Assembly (NCBI RefSeq): GCF_009914755.1
Contig: NC_060928.1
DNA length: 64,000 bases
DNA from: the human T2T-CHM13v2.0 reference genome, Homo sapiens
Reading direction: 5' to 3' (one strand)
Part shown: piece after piece, positions 41,478-53,883 of the stretch
Position numbering within the stretch: position 1 is the first letter of the stretch
Layout of the letters: each line of letters begins with the position of its first letter
Program-made: the position numbers and the translations under genes
Notes under the pieces: model-generated
Database searches by the model: none
Told to the model about the DNA's origin: nothing
What the model saw: the letters and a program-made list of their open reading frames with translations, nothing else

Positions 41478-41639
41478 CCCTCAATAATTACTAAATAATA
41501 TACTTTGCAATATCAGAAATATAAAGTTTTTAAGCAAAAAGCCCCTTTTCCCTCCAATATTATTTTTTCCAATATTAACCTGTTAGTGTCTCTAATGTGT
41601 CATGCAATCTTAAGCCTCTTTGAAATATAGTAGATACCA

Positions 41640-41860
41640 TACATTATTTTAAGTGTTTTATATGTGTAATGTACTTTAATCATCATAATAACCTAATAAA
41701 ATTGGTAACTATTATTATCCCCATGTGTAGATGAGAAAACAGAGGTACGAATCATTAATAAACTCAGCTAAGGTTGCCAGGTGACGGAGTGACTGAACCA
41801 AAATCTGAAGTTGGCAGTCTGGCCCCAAAATCAACATTCTTAATTGAAATTCTATATCAC
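41640..41860 (-). mobile_element. MIR
   Basis: ACTATTATTATCCCCATGTGTAGATGAGAAAACAGAGG and GGCAGTCTGGCCCCAAA. Confidence 0.75.
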
Positions 41861-43395
41861 CTCGATCACTCGATCACTTCTAATATGTACTTTACATGTG
41901 GGGAAAAGTAGGCTGCTCGTGTGCTTTGGGTGACTTTCCTAGTACTTGTAATTTCACTGAATGATGACAAATTTCTTCCTGATCCCTTGAAGAGAGACTA
42001 GCAACTGAGTGATTATTTGTATGTAAACTCTATGGTAATATAAAAGAAGTGTTTTTTTTTTTCCAGCAATGCCAATAATCTAAAAGACGCTGGGACCCTA
42101 CTAATGTCACTTGCTCAATTCCATCTCCACATCAGTTAATTCATTTGGGCAGCACACTTTTTCACCACAATGTAAAAGTTTCTCTTTTCTAATGCATTCT
42201 TTGCAAAGAATTAACCATCACCATATGGAAGTACTGTGGAGTTTAATTTCAATGTGTTAAATTTTGATGGTGGAACATCAGTGAATTGACTTTGAAATCT
42301 GAACTGAACTCTGGTTCATTTGTCAGCTGGTGTAAAGATTCATGTTCTCTTGTGCTTGTGGTCTTACATCTACCCTGTGGTTTTAATTTTGGCAATGATT
42401 AGTTAGCATCCCACTTCATTTCATACTTAGTCATCCACAGGAAATGATAAAGACAATGAATCTCAGATGTCTACAGACTAGATATTGATTTATTACTATT
42501 TTTTCAAGTTTTTCATGATTTTTCCCCCTAAGTGGAAATAGGATTTTTGAAAATGGATTTCTGGCTCTGTGTAATTGCTGTATGTCAGTGAGCATTCCAT
42601 TAGTATTAAAAACATAGTAGATATGTCCACATGTTAGAGTTTTGAATATATTTATAGTTACACCGAGATTGATATTAAAGATTTGAAATTTAGTAAAATT
42701 TTTATTACATTAAATGACTGTATTGAGCCCATAAAATTATGTGTTCTCTTAAGGTGGTAGAAAATACTATATTTTTAAAGAGGAGCTGAAAAAAAATATA
42801 GATATAGCTATATCCATGGCAACAGCATAGCACCCATACAAAAGAAAGCCAGGGTGTGCTTGTTGGATAGCTGCATAGCAACAGCAGAGTTCAGTATGGG
42901 AGGAGGAAAGAAAGTTTAGAACCAAGACTATAGTGTGCTTTCTGAATGTATTGCATTGTGCTGTCAGTAAGCCTGATTAATGTCTTTTTGTTCTTGTTCG
43001 ATATTTTACATATTATATTTGTGATTTTAATTTCAAAGAATAGTTGAAAAATGTAGGTGTATGGTGTAAAATCAGTAAATTTGCACTTAAGTTTTGCATT
43101 AATATGAGTATGTGCTATTGGAAATTAAAGCACATTGTTAAGAAATAAAGTTAATAGAATGAGTTATTGATTATATTTGTGAGGAATTGGAATATGTATT
43201 CTATAATAAATTCACTTTCAAATTTAGAAAGGGATGACCCTTATTTTATAATTATTTTTGTTTTCAATATGAGTATGCTAGTGTTCAAATATATATTTTA
43301 TGTGTAGAAAATAGCCATGCTACATACTTCCAGAAAGCCATTCCATTCAGTTAGTCATATGTTTTGGACACTGTACGAGATAGATCTAAGCATTT

Positions 43396-43816
43396 TGTAT
43401 TAGTCCATTCTCACATTGCTATAAAGAAATACCTGAGACTGGGTAATTTATAAAGAAAAGAGGTTTAGTTGGGTCATGGTTCTGCAGGCTGTACAGGAAG
43501 CATGATGCTGACATCTGCTTGGCTCCTGGGAAGGTCTCAGGAAACTTTTACTCATGGAGGAAGATGGAGGAGTAGCCAGCACTTCACATGGCCAGAACAT
43601 GAGGAAGAGAGAGAGGAGTTATCACAAGATCTGATTGTTTTAAAACAATCACTATCTCACTCACTATCCCAAGAACAGCACCAAGGAGACTGTGCTAAAT
43701 CATTCATGAGGATTCCGCTCCCATGATCCAATCACCTCCTACCAGGCCCCACCTCCAACACTGAGTATTACAATTTGACATGAGATTTGGTGGGGACACA
43801 GCTCCAAAACATACCA
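43396..43816 (-). mobile_element. MSTA solo LTR (ERVL-MaLR)
   Basis: TGTATTAGTCCATTCTCACATTGCTATAAAGAAATACCTGAGACTGGG start; GGGACACAGCTCCAAAACATACCA end; TSD CATTT/CATTG. Confidence 0.9.
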
Positions 43817-44661
43817 CATTGTTAGGGAGGACTACAGCAAAACTTGTCTAATAAACTAAATAGACATTTCTGAAAATTAAAATTCTTAGTTTCTAAGTAT
43901 TGTAATTCCTTTGTAAATCTAAACCAAATCATTAAGAATCACATATAAGCTCCAAAGGCCTAAGACAGAAGTTGTTAATACATACCTTTCAGCCCAATTC
44001 TACCTTACTCCTAACGTAAGAAACATGCCAGTACAGCCTTTTGTCTTCCATGTAAAAGGCTTTGGAATTTATCCCAGGGGTAAGGTATAGAAAGCCCCCT
44101 TAAAAGATAATGGGACTAGTTTTCCCAGTATTCTAAATAACATAGTATGTTTTCGGATCCTTTGTGTTGTATTCATCTATGTATTTGCTCTGTGTATGTT
44201 TTCTTTCTCTTTTTCTTCCTCTTCCTCTTCTTTCTTTTCCTCTACCTCTCCCTCCTCCAATGATGCTGGATTTACTACCTGAATTATTTCAAGCTTCACT
44301 ATAAAGTGTGTATATAATATTCAATAGTCAACAGTCAGTTGGCTCCCAAATAATATTTCTGCTTAAAATCAAAATTAGCTTCATGATATTTAATTATACT
44401 TTAAGTCTATACATTGTTCCTTGTTGCTGTTAAAGTTTATGACATTTCTTATCCACTCTTTGCTCCCAAAGATAGTAAATTCTTGTCTCTTAATGGTATT
44501 TAAGATGGTAAAGTAGCCTTTAAGATATTTAATTGTCAAAACCTTTCTTAATGGAAATATCTTAAGCATTAAAAAACAGGAGAATAAGGATATATTCTAG
44601 TTTGGCTGACAATGTGTGAGTGAAGTAGCTATGAAGAATAAAGAAATATTCTAATTTGGCA

Positions 44662-44710
44662 GTGTGTGTATATGTGTGTGTATGTGTGGGTGTGTGTGTG
44701 TCTGCGTGTG
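44662..44710. repeat. Interrupted (TG)n microsatellite
   Basis: Direct inspection. Confidence 0.9.
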
Positions 44711-44976
44711 AAGTGGCTGTCAAGTTGCAACCAGAATGTAACTCTACTAGGACTTTTGGTGATTTTTGTTTCTTTTGTTTACTGCTGTATTTCCAATGCA
44801 TGGAAGGGCACTTCAAACAAAGTAGTCGAAGTTTTCCCTCAGCCACAAGAGCCCTTTATGTGGGGCTTTATGTGGAGTACAGTTTTAAAAGTATGTGTCT
44901 ACATTCTGTGAATCAGCCATTGTGGATAATGTCATATATACTAACAGAGGAAAGAAGTGTACCTGTGTGTGTGTAG

Positions 44977-44978
<2 letters not shown>

Positions 44979-45024
<46 letters not shown>

Positions 45025-45265
45025 TATATATAATAAAAATATATATTATATATAATATTATATAATATAATATATAATATAATATATAATATATATTATA
45101 TATAATATAATATATAAAATATATTATATTATATATAACATAATATATAATATATGTTATATATTATATATAATATATATTATATGTTATATATTATATA
45201 TAATATATATTATATATAATATATAGACATATTATATACATATATTATATATATATAATATATAT
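44979..45265. repeat. (AT)~21 followed by ~240 bp of near-pure A/T low-complexity sequence
   Basis: Includes identical 30-mers at 45151-45180 and 45181-45210. Confidence 0.95.
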
Positions 45266-46446
45266 GAGACATATGGATGTTTGGGAGCCATATAAATATT
45301 TTACTTGCTGAATTAGTAAAACTTCTGATAAATAAGAAGATACTTCAAGATAATAAGTGTTAGGTAGTTTTCATTCTCTGAAACAATGGAAAAACGCTTG
45401 AATTTTCAGACGGTATTGTCCGTAAAGATTCACGACGCATTCTAGGTGTTCCAGGATGGCCTTGGAAGCAGTCAAAAGGAGAATGTTTATGGAGCTGAAT
45501 CAGAAAGGATAGATTGCATCACCAATATACACAATGGGCTTCTCACATTTACTGATGGTTCCCTATGTACTGGGAAATGTCAGGTGATTCACATATAATT
45601 TGTCTTTTAAAAATATAAAAATATATCTGCTGGAAAAATTGCACCAGGTCAAATGTATTTTAGAGTATCTAGTGTTATAAAATAGATGTGTTAAGTTTCC
45701 TGCTATAAATGTTGATATTTATAATTTCATTTATTTTCATAAACAGTTAGGATGCACCTATTCAAGCTATCCTTTATTATAATATAATTTAGATATAATT
45801 CAAAATTTAGCTATAATTCCAAATTTTGCTCATTTCTAGACATGACTATATGACTGAATTGATGCTGAGGAGTTTCTACAAATTGTCAGTGTTTTGTTGT
45901 TAGTATTATTTGCTATTTTCAAAAACATTTTAAAATTTAGTCAATTTTGCATTAGATATTTTAATTGTGGCAACACAGAGTATCAACTGGAATTTATTAA
46001 AAAAATTATTAAAAATTGACTCATGCTTATATAGTCTAAGGTAAGGAAATCAAACCATTTTTTTTTTCCTACAACCATGTTAACGCTATGAAAACTCTCA
46101 TGTCAAGATGTGCTATCTTTAGAACAGGAATGGAATTCATAAAATAGCTCTTTGCTACAGAGTTTTTCAGCTGCATTTTCAAAACCAAATAATATAATTT
46201 ATTTTAAATTTAAATTTTAGGCATTTTACAGTAGAATTCATGAATTATTAGGTTTCTATACATTTGTTTAAAAAACAAATAGGTTAGAATACATAAACAT
46301 TTGTGTCCTACTTTTGTACATTTGTAATATACCTTTGTAGTTCTACTTTTCATGTATTGTTTTCAATTATGAAATAATTAAGTTATTTGGATTTAAATAT
46401 AGAAAAAATATTTAACTTTTGTTGTGAAGAAATATATATAATATAC

Positions 46447-46490
<44 letters not shown>
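46447..46490. repeat. (GT)n(AT)n compound microsatellite
   Basis: Direct inspection. Confidence 0.93.
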
Positions 46491-48227
46491 GAAATACACA
46501 GTTCATTTGCCCTTGAAATAAGTCCTCCAATAGGAAAAAAAATATGCCCTTTGTGAAATGTCGTCTCCTCACCACAGATAATGAAAGGATTGCTTTGTGA
46601 TTTGACAATTAAAATTCACTTTTATTTGTCAGTATTTTGTATGATATTCTGTTCAATGACACCCTCCAGTTAAAACTCTACAATGTAGTAACATTGTATT
46701 CTGAATGGTAATGCCTGCATCTTATTGTTGTTATTTTTAAAAAGTTTAAAGCTAATTAGGAGACACATCTATTATTTTGCTACTTTATCATTATTCCCTT
46801 CAGACCTATGAGCTAGATTTTATCAGGAATGCATACTGTATATTCACTCTCAGTTTATTCATGCTGAGGGCATCGCTAATTTGATCATCAAAGTGTATGT
46901 ACCATGTATATCCTACAGTAGATTCCTTAAAGGAAAACTAGGGCTGTGCTATTAATTTTAAAGTCCTAATGTATGGCTGTTAAAAATTAAGCTGTCAACA
47001 TTCTCCATTTCCAGCAGTAGCACAGTAATGACAAAGACATATTATGGAAATAAATAGTAATTAATTTTAATAAGTAGCATTGTACTTACAGCATTGTCAA
47101 CAGGAAAAATAAAAAATCTTTTATGGAGAAAATAAAGTTGTAACATCAAAAAATATGAAAAAGCAGAATATATTTATGATTAAATTAAGGCAATTTTAGA
47201 AATTAAAACTCTCATTTAGCAATATTTGATAAAGACATCTGTATTGCTTCTGAATAAGATATGTATTAAAATTATTCATAAGACAATATGGATTAAAAAC
47301 AAACTTCTGGCTTCATGATACTTATTTATTGAGTAATTTGCAATTAATACAAAATATTTTTACTTTCTAGGGACAAGAGAAGAAAAACAGGCAATGCTAT
47401 GGAGGATTAGAAAGCTGATTAACTTGAGATACATAGCCTCATGTTTATAAATTTGACAGAAAAAATGATTCACATTCTATATATCAGTCATTAATTTGGT
47501 ACTGATGATAATGTGCAATGTATAATACATATCTGTGTTTACTCTGTTTCTTGATTGCATATGTAATGTGCTGAACAAAACCTAACAGAAAAGACGTTTT
47601 TGGTCAAATATATCAAATTAAAAGCACACTATTGATGGTCCGAAGCTGTTTAAACAGTTAATAGAATTATCTGTTGATTTCACCTGATTTCAATTATACT
47701 AATGTAATTCATGTAAAACCTTATATACTCAAAAAGTAAGGAATTTCCCATGGTTTTAAGAACATCTTAACTCTAGAAACACAGAAAAGGCAGAGAAAAA
47801 AAAAGATTTGGAGTTGTTATCTAGAAAAATTTCAGTGGTAAATTCTGATATTTTTCTTCTTCCTTACATGACTGAATTATTTCACATACTTTTTATTGTG
47901 TCTAAGAGATGTTTTGAAAACCAAAATAACAAACAGCATCTATGCATAAAATAAGAGCCAGCAAGTTGTGTGGAGAATGTGAGGTACTCTGCAAAGTGTA
48001 TTTTTATAAGCCCTGATTTTGCTTTCCAATATGCTCCTTAATGACCAACAAAGAGGGATATTTCTTGAGGATGACTTCCCTTGACCTTTCCTATTTGTCT
48101 AGAGTATTTGACCAGGATAGATGGGAGACTATGCTGTGCAGTGGTAACTGTACCCAGGAGCAGGAACATGAGTAAGAATGTACTTGATGGAGACAAGGGA
48201 GGAAGGAAGTGTAAGTGGCTCTGGAAA

Positions 48228-48241
48228 GCTCCCTCTGGTGG
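48228..48241 (-). promoter_or_regulatory. CTCF core-like motif CCACCAGAGGGAGC
   Basis: 13/14 match to CCASYAGRKGGCRS in apparently unique sequence; motif only. Confidence 0.45.
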
Positions 48242-49439
48242 AGAATGTCTTAATAATAATTCAGAAGCCATTACTAGAACAAGGAGATGATAGATTACCT
48301 ATTTAAAGGACTTTCTCAATGTAGAAGGGGCCTTCCTAAAATTTCTTGTTATCTGTTTTAAAGTCTGTGGTAGAAATAAAAATTCCATTCCCTAATTCAA
48401 AAATTCAGCATTCTTCCATTGCCAGCCAAATTAGCTAAAGTTCAAACATAAAAAGAATCAAAGATCTTTGGGTTCCATATTTTCCTTATTCCCTTCCAAG
48501 TCTAGCTGGATTTCAGAGATACATTTATTACTGTAAAACAAATGCTCAATAATAGAATAACAGAAGACAACAAATCTTCCAACATTTTGTTTGATTTCTA
48601 AAATTTTTGTTACCGTTGTTGGACATAATATTTTACATTTCCTACCAGCACTGCCTGCTGCTTAAAAAGGTTGTTTGCTCATCTTCTGCTAGAGAACTCT
48701 AAAAGGGGTCAATTTTTCTCCGAAATCATTCTGCCAAGGGCAGTCGTTGATATTGCTGTCAGAAGAAAGAAAAAGACAATCTTATGTAGGTGGAGGGGTT
48801 TTAACCTTTTTAGGTCATTGGCTGTTTTAAAAATCAGAAAAAAGCTTTGGATTCTCTGGCTCAGCTATATACTCATAATATTTTGCATGCAGTTGCAGTA
48901 TTTTCCTGAAGTCACAATAGTATTCCCAATACCACGGTTACAATAGTATCCCTGGCTCTCTCTCTGGTGAGCTACCACCTCATTTACCTTCCCACTGCCT
49001 CCTACACCTTGCCATGACTAGATCTTCTGAAGGTTAATGTAATTCCTCACCCCGAGGAAGGTTGAAAGTACAGTCTACATAATCATGCCCCACAACGGCT
49101 ATCTTTAGCATTAAACACCCTGGCTCTAAGACTCTCATCTTTTATCACAGGAATTCTGCATTGTTTTCCGAGACTGGTTCCTACTAAGAAATTCCAGGTT
49201 ATGGTACTCCAGTAATGAACACTAAATATTGAGAACTCCCTACTTCCGTAGCATTCATTTCTCACACCGCCAGTTAATCAGTTCCTGAATCCTTGCCTTC
49301 TATGATTGTGTTTGTGTATATATATGAAATAGACTTGACCCTCAGTCCTAATATCAGAGTTGAATCCCTGTTACAATTTTTTTGTTGATAAATAATATTA
49401 TCTAATCACAATGACTACTGTAAGTATACAATTGGGAAA

Positions 49440-49680
49440 TGTTAACAAGTGCTATGCAATTAAAAAAAGGTTTTGTGGTCAATGAAATGTGGAAATATTA
49501 TATACCGCATTCTCTTTGGGAGTTTACAACGCCTTTCAACATACACTTTAAGTAGCATCACAGTAATGGAAACCGGCCCTTAATACTGGTTAACCCAAAG
49601 TTTGTCAAACATATCTGCATACATAACAATTTCTATAGGACAGTAGTTAATAACATAATGTTGATAGTTTAGGAAGTTTG
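49440..49680. mobile_element. MER103C-like hAT-Charlie remnant
   Basis: TTTTGTGGTCAATGAAATGTGGAAAT, CAGTAATGGAAACC and TTAACCCAAAGTTTGTCAAAC. Confidence 0.5.
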
Positions 49681-50189
49681 GTGTTTTAGGAAGAAACTCA
49701 TAGCCAAGCCTTTAATAAGATATATTTCTGTAAAAATAACTTCCACAGTACTCTTTATGGCCACCAGTATCTGAGATCATTATATTGAAATTATGGTTTA
49801 TTAAAAGTGATAATTTAGTTGATCCTACTGTATTCCTCATACATAGCAGAGATGTGGAAAGGGACAGTATGGGGTTTGAAAATTTACAACTTCAAAAACT
49901 ATTTTCCTTAAATAATTTTCTCTTGTCTGATAGAAAATCAGTGACTCTGATATGACATGAATCTGATTCCCTTCACTAAATATTCATGTGACCACCTTTT
50001 CTGAAAGGAAATAATACTCTAAGAAGTAACCATTAAAACTTTTATTATGTTCAGCTCCACAGTTAAAAGGACCCATTTGACCCATTTTAATATCTAATTG
50101 AGTCTACTTCCATTTTAGTAGTTTACTATGAATGTCATGATTGTTTTCTAAGTAGGTGCTACAATCTTTATCACTGGAATTTCCTTCCA

Positions 50190-51320
50190 TCTAAGAGAAC
50201 AGAAACCGAGTTAATGTATCTGAATTTCAATAAGGCATTTACAAAGGTCTCTTTTAGTGTTCCTGTTGGCCAGATGGAAAAATATTCACTGATGATATGG
50301 AACTGGGTAGGCTTATTATTGGTTAAAAGTTTGTACTCAGATAACCCTGTGTTATGGATTTGTATTAACTGTAAGGAGATATCTAGTGATTTGTCATATA
50401 GTTTCATTCTTGCCCCTATATTATTCTAAAGGTTCATTATTAATGTGGGTAAGAACACTGGACTCAATCTTTTCAAAATTGCAGGTGCTATGAAACTGGA
50501 AGAAATATTAAATATGTTGAATATGTTGAATTACAAAATAGAAATTCTGGGAAATGGAGAAATTTTAAGAATTAGGTAGAGGTTAGCAAATCATGTTTAA
50601 CAGAGCCAATTTTAAGTCCTCTTTTAAAAAAATCTAGCATCAATTAAACAAAGAGCACAATTACAGATGGGGATAAATTTGATTTGACTACAGCATGACT
50701 GTTTAGCTAGATTCTGAATTTAACACGGAAGACAGATAGAAACAAACATTAATTAAGTGCATACTATATGCACACCTGGGGCTAGTTACCTTCATGTACT
50801 CACTTCATTTACCTTCAACAACAAACCAGTGAATAGAAATGACTATAAATAGTATAATGACAAATAAAATTAATTGAAAGAATAACCGCCCCAAGATCAT
50901 TCAGCAAATAAGTGTCAGATCTAACTTTTATTCCCAAATTTATCAATTAGAATTTGCATTGTTAGTAATAAAATATAGAAATATAGAATTTAAGAAGAGT
51001 GAAAAGGGTGGCTCTCCCTTGGTCCAACCACATCTAAAGGCTGTGTTTAGTTCTGGCCCTGACTGCGGAGGGAGGTTAATAGAATGGATCAAGTCCAGGG
51101 AAGAACAAACAAAATAATTTCACATTATGTGCATTTAAATAAGTTTGAATCTATTTATTTTGAGTAGGAAAGTTTTCTGGTAGGATATGATAATGATTTA
51201 ATATAATTGAAAGGCTATCGTTTTAAATAAAAATTAGATACTTTCCCCTCCACTTTGCTCCAGAGAGAAATTCCAGGATCGATGAGAGGAATCTGAAGAG
51301 TTTCAGGTTTTACTCAACAT
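50190..51320 (+). mobile_element. CR1/L3 LINE reverse-transcriptase remnant, interrupted by a MIR at ~50745-50930
   Basis: YLNFNKAFTKVS resembles the CR1 RT motif YLDFSKAFDxV; TTGGTCCAACCACATCTAAAGGCTGTGTTTAGTTCTGG resembles LVRPHLEYCVQFW. Confidence 0.75.
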
Positions 51321-51339
51321 AAGAAAAACACTTCATATT

Positions 51340-51543
51340 TTGCTGCTTTACCTTTTATTCCTAGCTCTTATTATCTTATGGTATAATATACAATTTTATC
51401 GTATATATTTTCTGTTTTTCTCACTAAGATAAAAGTTCCATGATGTCAAGGATTTATGTCTGCTTAATCATGGCATTTTTGGCACCAAGCCTGGTACCCA
51501 GGATAAAATAGGTGCCTAATAAATATTTGCTGAATAAATGAAA
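51340..51543 (+). mobile_element. L2 3' end
   Basis: ATAGGTGCCTAATAAATATTTGCTGAATAAATGAA tail. Confidence 0.7.
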
Positions 51544-51849
51544 TCAAACCAGAGATTATTGGATTCAACTTGGTTCTAGCAAATAGTTTCCTTACTGACA
51601 AACAGTATTTTCCTTACTAATAGCCAAAGAAGTATTCATATAATTTGCGAATTCATAAAATTGTACATATTTGAAAGCCAAAGGAGCGCTGAATTCTCAA
51701 AAAGTCATTTTAGAAAGTGGCCCAGAATGATTGATTAATCTATCAATCTCTATATGTGAGTACACTTTGGAAGTTTTTAGTCATAATGATGTTACAAATT
51801 GTCATCAGACTGTTTCAAGGAGGTATGAGCTCTGTAGTTAAACTTCCAA

Positions 51850-52030
51850 GGCTCTTTACTTGCAAGCTGTCTGATCTTGAACAATTGATACGACTTCATG
51901 GTTACTTTCAGCACCTTCCTCCTGACATTATTTTGAGGATTAAAAGTCATAATATATGTAAAGTACTTACTGTTACCTTGTGCTTAGTGTGAATATAAAT
52001 ATTAAATAATATTAACAGTATTAGTAGAAA
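51850..52030 (+). mobile_element. MIR fragment
   Basis: TTTTGAGGATTAAAAGTCATAATATATGTAAAGTACTTA. Confidence 0.55.
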
Positions 52031-52599
52031 ATTATGGCATTGCTCTTATTATAGCTACTTACCATTCATACTGTATATCATGAAAATGATAAATATTGAG
52101 ATTGTAAAAAAAACCATTCAACATTTAGAAGCACTCCCAGGGTCTTTGCAAAACAAAACAAAAATGCATAGTTCCTCTATTGTCCAGAATAGATAAATAA
52201 AATGTTAAAATATGGAATAAATAGACCACTGTGTGGATTACACGTATAGGTAAAAATGTCATCCTCAAGGAATATAATGTCACTCTCTACTCATTTTGAT
52301 CTTCTCACTAACTTGATCTTTTTAGGTCCAACCCCTCTTCTGAGCTTTCCCTTCCTTCTCTTGAAGGATTGAAACATAATAGCAAGTTGAGTAGCCACAG
52401 GCAGTTTTGCTATACAAGACTAGCTCACTCTCTCCCATTACAGTGTTTTCTTTGCTTTTGTGAAAAGACTCCCACACTGGTGTCTGCTGCTAAAATCAAT
52501 TCTGGAAAGGTATTTTAAAAAATGACCCTCCCTTAGGACGTGACAGATCTCTGATGGTGTCTTTGTCTTCCTTCTGTTTTTGAAAAAATCCACAGTATT

Positions 52600-53340
<741 letters not shown>

Positions 53341-53478
53341 AAAGACTATACTTTTTGAACATACTAATATTTTTCATAAATATTTCTTTATCGCCTTCCT
53401 TACCCTGCGTTACTGAAAACGGTGTGTTTTGGTCATGTTTATTTTGAACATAGTGCCAAACACATTCATCGATATTAT

Positions 53479-53883
53479 TATATTAGGTTATTCTTGCATT
53501 GCTATAAAGAAATATGTGAGACTGGATAACTTACAAGAAAAGAGGTTTAATTGGCTATCAGTTCTACAGGCTATACAGGAAGCATGGCAACATCTGCTTC
53601 TGGAGAGCCCTCAGGGAGCTTTTACTCATGGGGGAAGGTTAAGTAGAAGCGGGCACTTCACATGGTGAAAGCAGGAGCAAGAAAGAGGGATAGAGTGGTG
53701 AGGGCGTTGCCACACACTTTAAAATGACTAGATCTAGTGAGAACTCACTATTATATAGGTAGGACCAATCCATGAGGGATCCACTCCTATGATTCAAAAA
53801 CCTCCCACAAGACCCTACCTCCAGCTTTGGGGATTACAACTGAATATGAGATTTGGGTGGGGACAAATATTCAAGTTATATCA
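53479..53883 (-). mobile_element. MSTA/MSTB solo LTR
   Basis: CTTGCATTGCTATAAAGAAATA near start; GGGGACAAATATTCAAGTTATATCA end; TSD ATTAT at 53474 and 53884. Confidence 0.9.

Noticed and set aside
42050-42140. T-tract + CCAG acceptor with short frame NANNLKDAG
   Set aside because: Frame stops after ~23 codons; no donor and no recognisable protein
44562-44976. Overlapping ORFs on both strands
   Set aside because: Kept open by the (TG)n microsatellite; low-complexity peptides
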